Positions 23,501 to 35,500 of a DNA stretch of 64,000 nt are shown here, in pieces. The notes beneath the pieces are model-generated. The model did not search any database, had not been told where the DNA came from, and saw only the letters and a list, made by a program, of their open reading frames with translations. A program made the position numbers and the translations under genes. Position 1 is the first letter of the stretch; each line of letters begins with the position of its first letter. This DNA comes from Camelus ferus (lineage: Eukaryota). Location of the stretch: assembly GCF_009834535.1 (NCBI RefSeq), contig NC_045716.1:28458001-28522000 (forward strand), in the 5' to 3' direction.

Positions 23501-26500
23501 TGGGGAGAGAGCCAGTAAGAGCCAGAAGGAGCTCACTGCAGGGAACCAGCTTACAGTTGTGGGGGCGGCCACGCACGTTTGAAGTCTGTGGGGCAGGTGG
23601 GACTCCACGGCCAGAGCTGAGTGGTGTCCCCGAGACCAGGGACAGCCTTACCCACCTGAGCACGCCAGGCCCACCCAGGGTGATCTCTTTTTTGATTAAT
23701 TTCTCAGCAGCCGGTTAGGACTTTAATCACATCTGCACAGTCCCTTCAGGGCAGCACCGGAGTCGTGTCTGATTGAGTGACGGGGCCGTGGCTCAGCCTG
23801 GGCCACTCGACGTTGTGACAGTTGTTGCAAATTGACCCTTGGAGAGCCACGTGCTGCTTCTTAATGTTACGTGGGTGTTCTGTAATTTTTGAAAAATGAA
23901 ATACTGTTTTGTACTCGTTGAGCTTGATGTAAATTGCGTTAGTGGAGAGGGTATAACTTCCCACAAGTTACAGTGTTGATTTTGGAAACAGACCAATTCG
24001 TTGCTCTCGCAGACGTTTCCGCTGTCACCTCAGGACCATCAGTCATTGAACAGCCCACGGGCAGGCCACTGGTGGTCAGCGCGCACAGGGCTCCTTGTGC
24101 TTCCCGGACATTCATCCCCGTTTCATTTCCTTCACAGACCTTTATCCTGGCAGCCGGGCAGTTACACTCCTTTGCAGCACAAGTAGGGACAGACACTGAA
24201 GCTGGAACCTTGTTTCCTGTAACCGTGAGGCCGCCTGGAGGGCTCGGTGAACTTGCCTGGGTTGAGTTCTCATTACAGCTGTTGGTTCACAGTTGAACAA
24301 AACCACTGAAGTTACTGCTAGTTTTTACCTAGTTCTTAATAACGCAGCATTGTGAACGTTCCCTGGAGGTGGGGGGGGCTGCGGTTTTAGTTAATTCCTG
24401 GATCTGTGGAAGATGAGGGTCAGTCTGTCGCTTGAAATGACACAAGGTTCAACATGGGTTCTGTCTCTGTCTTTAGTTTTGATGGTTTTGAGTTCTGAAG
24501 CTCTTTGTCTGCATAGATATGTGGGCGAGGAAGGAGCTCTCAGTGCTTCACGGTGTGTGCCGAAACCCTGAGTGGTCTATCGCCAGAAGTTACTCTGGCG
24601 ATCTGTGAGCTGAGGACGTGAGTGGGCCGTCTGTCTGCTGTGCGAAGCGGGCTGGAGGGAGCGGTCGCCGGCCGAGCCGTGGCGCCCTCACCCCAGGCCG
24701 GCCTGGGTTTGGCCCGAGGCCCGTGTCCGCGCAACACTGCTCCTCCGTGTGGTCCGAGTGAGGGAAACGGGCTTTGGGGGTGGGGGGCAGACACGCTGAC
24801 TGGGGCTGCTCTCAGGGCGAGCGTCTTTGGGGAGCAGTGCCTCTGGGAGCTGAGTTGCCGAGAGCACTGCACGGTCAGGACCCCAGGGAGCCTGGGGCGC
24901 TCCCAGGCCTACCCGCGCTCCAGCATGACCGTCCTGACCCGGGTCTCAGGCTGTTGCTTCCTTGATCGTCAGGGAAAGGATCTTTAGGAAAAAAGGGTGG
25001 ATTTAGTCAAACAGCTTTGCCCGCTGGCGGCTTGAGTATGTTTTAATCCGTTCCCTGCGGACCTGTCAGGCCCGTGTGTGCTGATGTCTGTGGTGGCCCC
25101 ACTGACGGGTGTGTGGGGCCTGGGAGACACTGGCGCCCACGGGACACTTGTTCGGCCACCTGTTTCGATATGTGGAAAGCTGGAGCCGTTGTGTGCAGCC
25201 TGGCTGTGGGCTCGGTACCAAGTCAGAGGTCGCCTGGGGGGCCTGTGCTGGCTCACGTGTGGGTGGGGCGGCAGGACAGCATCCCTGAGGGCGGGGCACC
25301 TTGGGGTGGCCCACGCGCGGCTGATCATGCTTTTGTTTTAGGAGACACCTCGGGTCCTGCGATTCACTTGAGCATGAAACAGTGCGGTTGGAGCCTCCGA
25401 TTTGTGGGGGGGCATTCACAGCCATGTGGCTGTGAGGGGGGCTTGCTTCTCCCGTGTGCTCTGGGGGACGGGAGGTCAGCCGCCGAGTTGTTTTTGGAGA
25501 GTGAAGTCGAGGAGTGACATCCTTCGCAGGTGACACTGCTCTGCACCACAGCCTCCACCGTGGGGCCCCCTCTCCAGGCCCCTGTGGCTGGGAGGCAACC
25601 AGGGGAAGTGTCCACGACCGTGTGCCCGTCTGCGTGTGCAAATGTGCGTCTTCACTTAGAGGAGCCCGTCCGGGCGCAGTGCTGTAGCGTCGTGTCCTGC
25701 AAAGCTGAGTCCCCTCCCTTTGGCTGTGGTCCCGCCGCAGTCCCTCCTTAGTCCCGCCCGCCCCTTCCTGTGTGCAGCACTGGCATCCTGGACCGGTACC
25801 GACGAGTACCTTGGTCACGAAGACCTAGATTTCAAATCGGAATTCGCTGGGATGGAGTCAGTGAAAGCATCAAGCTGCTTTTCATGCAAACGTGCTGTTT
25901 CAGAAACCTTACTAACTGCACGGTAGCAGCTTGTGGCGTCTCCACCTCTCCTCTGTAACGGTGTGAATGTTCCTGACTCAGCTTTGCCGAGAGCACCAGC
26001 CACGTGGCAGGGCACCGTCTCCATGTGGGAAGCCCCTTCTCCGGGTCGTGACGCCCGTGTCCTGCTGGGGCCACTCCCCCGGACCAGGGCGCCAGGGCTG
26101 ACTGTCGATTACTCTGATGTGCTGGGACAATGAATGCTGCTGTGTTAAGGTCTTCTTTTCTCTGTGATTCTTTTGTTCCCTAGCGTCGTCCCCCAGACCA
26201 CAGTAATTCTCAACAGTGACCGGCAGAGCGCCATTGTAGCCAAGACGGAAGACCCCCTGGGCAGCAGGGCGCCGGAGCCCCTGGAAAATATCCTTAGCAA
26301 GTCAGTAGCACGCCACCACCCCCCACCGCCACTGCCGCCGCCGGGGCCCCTCAGGGGCGGGGCGGCGGCCCAGGCACCCCTGTCGTTGGCCCGCGGTTCC
26401 CCGTGGTCGGGGGGCTGCGCTGGATGGGGCAGGGCCCAGGGGTCCCTGCTCGCACGTGCTGTGGGGAGGCGCTGTGTTCTCACCACGGTCCGTGGACCTC

Positions 26501-29500
26501 GTCCTCTCACCCCCGTCCCATCTGTCTGTCTGTCTGTCTGTCCGGAGCACGTCAGGTCAGCGGACGCCCTCCCTGGTTGGCGCAGTGACGGAGGCGTTCT
26601 GAGGTGGTGCTTTTTTCTCACTCCCTTTTCTTTGGAGATGTTTGGGACGTGACCTCGGTCAGAAATGGGCGTGCTGGGAGCACACGGTCGCCCCTCATGT
26701 GACGGCGGGCCCGCTGCTCGAGGTTCCTGGGGGAGGAAAGGTGGCAGAGGGGCTGGTCCGCGGGGGGCCGGGTCCCCCAGGTGTGGCCCGGCCTCAGCGC
26801 TCTGACCGCGGGGACGGGGGCACCGCTGCTTCCCCTCCCTCGGTGTGCAGCCGCCTCTTGCAGAGAAGTCGAGGGGTTCATCGGGAAGGCAGGGGGTGCG
26901 TCTCCACACCATTCTTTTTTGGGGCACTTCGGGGAGCTGGCTGGTGGTCTGTTTTTCTGCAGTCTCTCACTGCTCTGTGTCAGGTCCCTCGTGGTGGTGA
27001 GATAGCCCCAGGAGATTCTCGACTGGCTTTTTAAACCCACTTCAGTGGTTTTTGTCAGTGGGACTCGGGGGCGATACCTACACTTTCACGGGCTGAGTCA
27101 TTCCTGGGCCGTCTCCCGGACGGCGGGGAGGGGGGCGCTGTCGGAGCCCCTGGGCACGCTTTCTGCAGACGCGGCCCGGAACACCGCTCTGACTCACACG
27201 GGAGCGCTTTGTAGGGTCACCTCTGTGATCGGAAGGCAGCATTCGAGACTTGAGTCACAGCGAGTTGTCATTTCACTTCTTCTGTGGTAGACACAGTTTT
27301 CCTAAATGCCTCAAATTTCACAGTTTCTTTGAACGCTAGGCTGCCTCCTGCTGTCCAAGGCCATTAGTCTGGCAGAGGGAGCCGTGAGGGAGGACGCGTG
27401 GCCCAGGCGTGGGCAGCGGGGCTCTGAGAGACACGGGAGCGCAGGGGCAGGGCGCGCTGGTCCCCGCCTGTGGTTGCCCCGCACTCACGACACTGGTGTT
27501 TCTGTTTCCCGCTCAGCGCGGTTCCTGGCCGTCGGCAGAACACCATCGTGGTCAAGGTGCCGGGTCAGGAGGATGGCCATGAGGACGGGGAGAGCGGGTC
27601 CGAGGCCAGCGACTCCGTGTCCAACTGCGGACAGTCTGGAAGCCAGAGCATCGGCAACAACGTCACCCTCATCACCCTGAACTCGGAAGGTGCGCCCGCC
27701 TGCCGCCCGGCTCCCCCCTCCCTCTGCGTGAGCGATAACAGGCGTGCGGTTGGCCCCGCATGACACGGGCGTCCGCGGTGCGGGCCCGCCACTCGTGGCT
27801 TTGTGCGGTGGACACCTGGAGCTCTGTGACCCGCACACAGGGCGTGAGTGCGGGGCTGCGGCTGGGGAGGGAAGGCTGAAAGTTAGAGGCGGGTTTTCTA
27901 CGCGCGGAGGGTGAGTGCCCAACACCCACGTCGTTCAGGGCCAACTGCAATTTTCTTTTCTGCTTTTTAGAAAAGTCACACATGTTTATTGTTTTTAAAA
28001 GGTGCTAAGGTATAAAAATGAAGAAAGTGGAAATATTGCGGAAGATAGTGTGTCTAAAGATCTCTGTGAATCTTTTGGGCTTTTTCTGTGTGTAACGTAC
28101 ACACGTTACACTTAAGACTTTATAACTTGCTTTTCCCCACTGCACAGTCGAAGTCCCCCCGCTGCTCAGAGCTACAGAGTCGTTCCACGCGGTGCCGCCG
28201 TCACTTACTGAGCCGCGTCCTGGAGGCTAGTGTCCAATGATGGGTGCTTGTAGGTCTCCAGCCCGCGGGCGGCTCGCTGCTCGGACCCAGGCCCCGGCCC
28301 GTGTGAGGAGGGCGGGCCTGCACATCCAGGTGGAGCCCCCGCGGGCCGCGCCGCCCCCGCCGGCCGCGGTGCAGAGGGGACGTCCTCCCTCCTGCCGGGT
28401 CTGGGGTCCACTGTTGTTGGGCCTGGGTCCAAGTGGGTGTGCCCTTCAGCACAGCTGCGTTGGGCTTCCGAGGGCCGGTGACTGTGCGAGGGAGGCGAGG
28501 ACAGACGAGGTAGCGGCACATTGCCGAGTCTACAGCTTGTGATTCGTCAGCTGGGAGGAACTGGGGAGGTGTTTCTGCTTCTGTGTCTGAGTCGTTGATT
28601 TTCCCCAAAAACACGATAGAGATTTTTCTGTGGAACAAAGATTTCCCTTTGAGGAAGACTGGGTACCGTGTCTGAGACGCTGAAAACTGTCTTCCCCAGA
28701 GTGTCGTCCAGTCCTGGCGGAAGCTGCTGGGACTGAGCTGGCAGAGCAGGGCGCACAGGAAAAGCGAATCGGGCAACTTTTAAAAAAGGATTGAGATCTA
28801 ATTTACTTACCATGAAATTGACCGTTTTAAAGCGTTCACGCTGGTGGGCTCCAGGACAGACGCCAAGTGGGCAGCCCCACCCCCGAGAGCTCCGGGCGGT
28901 CATTCCCAGCGCCCTGCGCCCGGCCTGGCCGCCGCTGCCCTGCGTTCCCACCCGCCCCCGCTATGGCCGGGCGACGTCCGTCACGTGGCTGGGGCGCATT
29001 TTGCTCATCTGCTCCCCCGTCGACGGACGCTTGGTTGCTTCCGCTTTGGGGCTGTTAGCCAAGTGCTGCTGCGAATGTTCGGGTGGAGGTCTCCCTGGGC
29101 TGACGCGCTCATTCCCTTGGGCTGGTGCCTGGGGTGGAGTGGCTGGGTCGGGGCGGCGAGGCTTTGGACGCACTGAATTTGAGGAGAAGAGGGAAGCTCC
29201 TGACTTCACCCAGGTGGGTGGTGAATGAAAGGCACACTTGCTTCAGTTGCAGAGGAAGCGAACTGTCTTTACTCCTTTTCCAGGTGGATTTTGGGTAAAT
29301 ATTCATGTAGGTGTGACTGCCTACTTCAGGCCTAATTTATTTGGTTTAAACTGCATCCAGCTATGAAACATAACATTGGATAATTTGGGCAGATTCTGGG
29401 GTTATCATGAAAAGAAAAAAATTTCACCTTTTAAGTTTATGTTTCTTAATGTGACATGAGTAATGTAAACTGTATTTCTGTGGGGGACACTGCAGAGTGA

Positions 29501-32500
29501 CCCTCATGTGAATGTATGAAAAGTCCAGTTTCGAGCTTGTGAGTATTGATATCTGTAGGGAAAAACACGGATTTTTGTGTGTCTGCGTTTGCTGACACCG
29601 TTTTTGGGAGCATCGCCCCCGCAGTTCTGACGTCATGAGCACGTTGGGCGGAGGACCTCAGCTGGCATGGAGGTTTGTAAGGTGGCGCAGAGACAGGGGT
29701 ATCTCTGAGCAACTGCCGTGCGTGTGAATGTGGGGGAAGAGCTTATCTGTGGACCCTGTTGTGTGGAGCTGAGGCGGCTGCAGCTGGGAGACTTAGGAGC
29801 GCGCTGAGAATCGGATCAGCTGTTTCATGCTGCGTCCTCCCTGGACCAGACAGCCTGCTCCGCCAGGGAGTCGCCGAGGACGCGTGGCCGCTGCAGGTCC
29901 TGCGCGTGGCCGCGGGTGCAGCCCCCACCCCCCCGAGAAGCACCCAGGGCTGCACTGGATGGGTATTCTCAGCCCCTACAAGTGCCTCCCTGCCTGACCC
30001 CGGAGAACCGCGGGTTGTCAGAACGCTCACTTCCTAGGGGTTCCCGCTGCTGTGCGCGGGCTCTGTGGCAGACGTGGGGGCACCCACTGCCCTGCAGAGG
30101 TGCTGGGTGGTGGCGCCCCCGTGTTCTAGTCAGGCTCCGGCTGTCACGGCACGAACTCAGAGCAGTGCTGGCTGGTGGCCATGGCTTTCTCTCCCTGGGC
30201 GGTTTGGTCTGAGTTCCCCGCCTTTGGTAAGTCCGGCGAGTGCCAGTGTGTGCAGGGCGATTGCTCAGAGATGAAGCTGGCTGAGGCAGGGAAACAGTAG
30301 CCATAGTGGACCCAAAATAGCGTCTGTTGCTTAGTGAAGGGATTTGGTTAGCTTCTTAATAAAGGGCTTAAATTCCTGCTGCTATGCATTTGGTAATTCT
30401 TACAAAACTTGACAAGTCCTCCATATCAGACGTTTGGTGCTTACTTCCGATGAGAAGGATTGTGTTTGGATTCTAGTTGGAACATTGTCAGGCGTCAGCC
30501 TGGCGAGGGCTGCACAGTCCCCGTCAGTGACGTGCTTCGCGTGCACGTGTCTGGGGTGTGCTCGGCGAGGGATGTGCAGGCAAGTCTGGGAGAAGCAGTG
30601 GTTTGGCAGAGGCGGTTGGGCACAGCAGGGAAGCTTGGGCGCGGTCTCCGGGATGCTGGTGCTGCTGTGGGCTACAAAGGGAGGTCACCCCAAATTGCTG
30701 GCTTCTCAGAACAGCAGCTGTGCATGCGCAGAGAGGGAAATTTAGCCAAAAACATCTCTTGAGAATTTATTCACGTAACTTATTTTTCATAAAACTTCTC
30801 TTTACATAAATTGTGTGTTCGGTAACATTAAAATGCATTTTATTGGCGATCATCAATTGGCTGCTAATGAGAGTAGGGTCGAGAAAGAGGCCTAGCGTGA
30901 GCATGTCCACGGGTCTCTGTGTGTGACCACGCGGTGACCACGCGGCGAATAGTCATTTATCCCCTATCAGAGAAGAAGGGCCGCCCTCACCGGGTTTCGG
31001 AACGGCAGCGTGTGACCCCGAGGGACACCGGCTATGCCCAGGGTCCCGCTCCTCATGTCAGAGGACTGAGGGGTCCTCACACACTTGCTGTCGTCACGGT
31101 TGAGCTCATGGTGACAGGCCCCTCTCAGTAGCACAACAACAGATCCTTCACGGGTCTCGCCTAGCGCTCTCACCGTCTGCCGGCTGGAGGAGATCCTGAT
31201 GAGCAGCCGTAGGCAGGTCACGCCCTGGCTCCGGCAGCACCCTGAGCACTGGGGTGCGTGCGGTCGTGCAGCCCCAGAGGGCCCCGACGCCGACCTCAGC
31301 CTTCCCATCCCTGCCTGGAACCGTTCCTCCCAATTTACACAGCGTGTTGCTTGTGAAATTCGTAAACAGTTTGGGCAGCCATGACAAAAGCCAGATGAAA
31401 ACCCAGCCCGACACCAGCCCAGGAGCACGAGGCGTCCCCTGAAGGCTCCTGAAGGCTCCCTGGAGGTGGCGGTAGCTCGAGGAGCGGCCCGATGCGTCAC
31501 ACGCCTCATCTCGTGCGTTGACGCGGGCCCCGCGCATCGGGCAGCCCCGAAGACTGTGAGCTTCGAAGGGTCATCTTTCCACTTGTTCACCTTCCACAAA
31601 ACAAATATTTGTGTTCTCAACTGTTTTCATGGTGAGGAAGTTCAGGTTACTGCTGCAGGTTTTCATTGAATAGGTATTTCAGAAGCGCCAGTTAATTTAA
31701 TTCAAGATTTAAGTGATTGAAACAGAAAGCCAGTTTATTTCTCTTACAATCCAACTGGTAGTTTTAAAATAAAGCTGCTAGAATCTTTCTATTGTTTCAG
31801 ATGCCAAAAATGGACCAAACTTTTTTTAGTAAAATAAATATATCCTTTCTGAATTGTCAAAAGGCAGATTTCTCAAATATTTATGTGGGCAGGTGCTCCG
31901 TCTTGTGTTGCTTTTAGAAGATGTGACTCCTTGTCAGTGGTGAGAAGCTGGGGTTTCAGGCAGGACTCTGGCGTCGGTTCAGGGCAGGGGTGTGCTGAGA
32001 CGGTGACCCTGCAGCCCGGGCCCCTGCCCCCTGGGGCACCCCTGTTCTCCTGTCAGAGGTTTTCCCCCTTGTGTTGGTCAGATTGCCGCTGCGTTTCTGG
32101 TCCCCCAGCTCGGCCTTCTTACCTGAGAGATTGACAGCACTGAAGGGAAGTTAGGTGGTAAGTAGGTTAAGCCTTCCAAAATTTTGAGGTGTTTGAAATA
32201 AAGTTTCTGGGTAATTCCCTGTGTTACCAGAGATACTTAAGCCATTATTCCTGGGGTGATAGGAGGGCAAATAAAGCTAATTTAGGCTGATTGACTTTGA
32301 GGGTAGCGGGGGTACTAGAGGAGTCTTGAGTGACACCCTTCATCCTCCAGAAGGTTCTGGTAATGTTTCTGGAGGCCCATCTGCCAGCTCTAGGGCCCGC
32401 TTTTGTCCATGGTCACATGTCACCGTGTCAGCAGGGAGCCCGGCCTTCCCATGCCAGCAAGGCTGGGTGAGGAAACAGCCCTTGGGGGCCCGTGGGAGCC

Positions 32501-35500
32501 GCGCCAGCCCCGGGCCCTCCTGGTTCCCGTTTCCCTCGCTTACATTGGCCAGAACCTCCTCGCTGAGCCACGGCTGCCCTTTCCCTGTTCTCGTCCGCAG
32601 CACTGCTCACAGACGCCCACCTGTGAGCAGCGAGGAGTTTCTGATTAACCAGTCGTAATGATGATTACTTTTTACACCAAAAAATGAAGCTTCCCTTTCA
32701 TTTGTAAATTTTTTCATTCATTTAACGTGGTGTGTGGTGTCTTGCCTTCACAGGAACTAAGTTTAATAGGTGAAGTCACCTTTTCATTCCTTCCTCTTGA
32801 ATCAGTTTGAAAGTGTCTGCCTTTAGGCATCTGTCTCCTGCCTCCGTGTCAGGGGGACTTTGGGGCGTGGGCTTGGTGCCCCTGGGACCGGGAAGCTCTC
32901 CAGGGCTGGCGCTCGGCAGGAGGACAGCCCTCCCTCTGCAGCAGGGCCAAGTCCGGGGTCTGGACAGGCCGGGGGCTCCTCGCACAGGGCCGCTTGCTGG
33001 GGGGCTTGCGGTACTAGTGCCCCCGACTGTGTTCTGGGGCAGGGTGGGCCCTGATGGCGGTGCGCAGCCCGGCTTTGGTGGAAGGAGATTCCTTCCAGGG
33101 TGGGAAGGGGCGGGTGTGTGTGGGGAGCCCGGCAGGAAGCTGGTCCTCAGGTGCAGCTGGTGATGGGGTTCACGGGAGCCATCCTCCCTCCTCGACTGAG
33201 TGGCCGCCCTGCCGCGCTCGCGCCTGGGCGCAGCGTCACCCTGCTGAGGTGCAGACATGCTGTTTGGAGGACGACACTGACCTCTTGTCCAGTGTTTGGT
33301 TCGCTTTAAAAATATCATCTAAACAGGGGAGCTGGCTACACGGGGTTCACGTTGCTTGTTCTTGAGAAAAGCCGCGGGGGTCTTTGGCAGCGTAGGTGGT
33401 TAGGTTGGGAGCCGACGGCCTCTGTCCTGCGCCGGCCCAGGAGTGGTGTCAGTGGGCTGGGCACGGGGCAGCGCCCACCCTCTGGATGCAAGCCTTCTCC
33501 CCCCCCCCCCACCCCGTGCCCACCTTCCTCAGCCGTTCCTCCCTCTGCTTGCTTCTGTTTGGCCGCCGCAGGTGCAGGGTGGTCCTTCCGCTCTGTGTGG
33601 TGTGATTCTAGGTTCACAGAGGAGTTAGATCCTGAGCGTTAGACCCAGTGCCAGGCATTTGTAGATAAATTAGTCGACACCCTAGAAGGTGGAGCCTGTT
33701 TGAAATTCCAGCTGTGACCTCGGGATGGTGCCTCTCGAAGCCCTTCCCCGTCCACACTGAGCTCGTGTGAGCTTCTGTTTTTCCGCCTTCAGGTAAGTGA
33801 GCAGTAGGTGGCTGGGGCTCAGAAAGACACGCGAGTCCGAGCGTAGGCTCGGAGCACCGGCCCTTCCCTCCACGCCGTCCACGTTCCTGAGAAGTGATCC
33901 TACTTACTCGCCTCTTACTCTGAGTTCCAAAAGTCAAATCTGTGATTTGTTTTCTGTCCTTCGCTAAAGCCAGGAGGCCCGGCCCCACCCGCCCTCCCGG
34001 TGGTGACGTGGTCGCCCTCCTGGGGCTGCCGAGCCTCGCCTGACATTCGAGGAAATCGTGTGATTCAGGAGCCTGGCTGGGAGAGGCCACCCTCGAGAGG
34101 CAGGGTGTGCAAGTCACAGACAGGCCGGCCCTGGGCTTTCTGCTCTGCTCCAGGCCTTTGGCGAAGCCAGGCAGGGCTGGCTGCCTTCGTGGGGCCTCTT
34201 CTGTGCTTGGAGGCCAGAATGTAAATACCAGGACGTTTCAAAACAAATCTCATGAGAAGTCTTGAAACAGTGATGCCTGTGGTTGGCACAGGACTTACAG
34301 GCCGAGGAGACACAGCAGGAAGCCGCTGTCCCCCTTAGAGGATTTAACCCTCCCCCGACCATGCCCACCCCCGACGTCCTGTTTTCAGGGCCGTCCCTCA
34401 CACCTTAACTTGCTTCCACATCAGGGTCGGAAGGGATCGTCTGGAAGGCGGCCGAGTTTCCAGGCCGAGTCGAGAGTTCTCTCGATTTGTGATCACAAGT
34501 GGAGTTTCCTTCTGCCTGAGGTTGAGGCCCTTTTAAATGGATGTTTGACAACACTAAGCCCTTTCACACACTTGGTCAGTCCTGCAGTGCCCAGGAGGCT
34601 GCTACACAGGCATTCTGGTTGGGACGCCGGCCCGCTGGGTGAGGGTGGAGCTGGAAGCCGAGAGCCTGCTGTGTGCTGCCCGCACCTTCCCTCTTCCCGG
34701 AGGGAGCTGGAGAGGGGCTGGTGGGCTCGCAGGTGGCTCTGGGAGACAGCTGGGGGTCCTGTCCCCTGCCTCTCCCCCGGGGGGAGGGAGCACTTGCCAC
34801 CTCGCCGCCCTCTCCTCTCCCCATCGGTCAGCGTCCTGCCTGCCTGTCCCGTGTTGGCCTGGGCCTTGCTGATGTAGGGAGGGAAAGCGGGGTCTTCCCT
34901 CTTGGGGGCGCAGAGCCCTGGGCGGCTGTGTTTTCTCCCCTTGAAAAGTCCAAGCCGCGGGTCCCCAGAGGGCCCCCCGAGTGCCTTTGTGTGGCGCTGG
35001 CACTCGGCAGTGGGGCTCACCCGGGACCCTCCCTCTTTCAGAGGACTACCCCAATGGCACGTGGCTGGGGGACGAGAACAACCCCGAGATGCGGGTGCGC
35101 TGCGCCATCATCCCGTCTGACATGCTGCACATCAGCACCAACTGCCGCACGGCCGAGAAGATGGCGCTCACGCTGCTGGACTATCTCTTCCACCGCGAGG
35201 TGCAGGCCGTCTCCAACCTCTCGGGCCAGGGCAAGCACGGCAAAAAGCAGCTCGACCCCCTCACCATCTACGGCATCCGGTGTAAGTGTGCCGTGGGAGG
35301 CCCGGGGGGGGGGGGCTGCGGGCGGAGGGCGCCGGCCGCAGGACTGGCCACAGAGCCCGGGACGAGCTTCTGGACGGAGCATTTCCTTCGGTAAACGCTG
35401 CCCAGTGCCCTACCCGTGGGGGAGACGCCGCCGAGCGGGGCCTCCCGGACCCGGGCTGCCCCTGTCCTGGGGCCGCTCCCGAGGGCTGCACGGGGCAGGG

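Noticed and set aside
26301-26652. Open proline-rich frame continuing exon 5 (KSVARHHPPPPLPPPGP...)
   Set aside because: Typical GC-rich intron read-through with no strong downstream donor; no evidence of use.
29262-29300. Strong acceptor (actccttttccag|GTGGAT) with an 11-nt microexon or recursive site
   Set aside because: The regenerated donor is poor and the exon is implausibly small without supporting enhancers.
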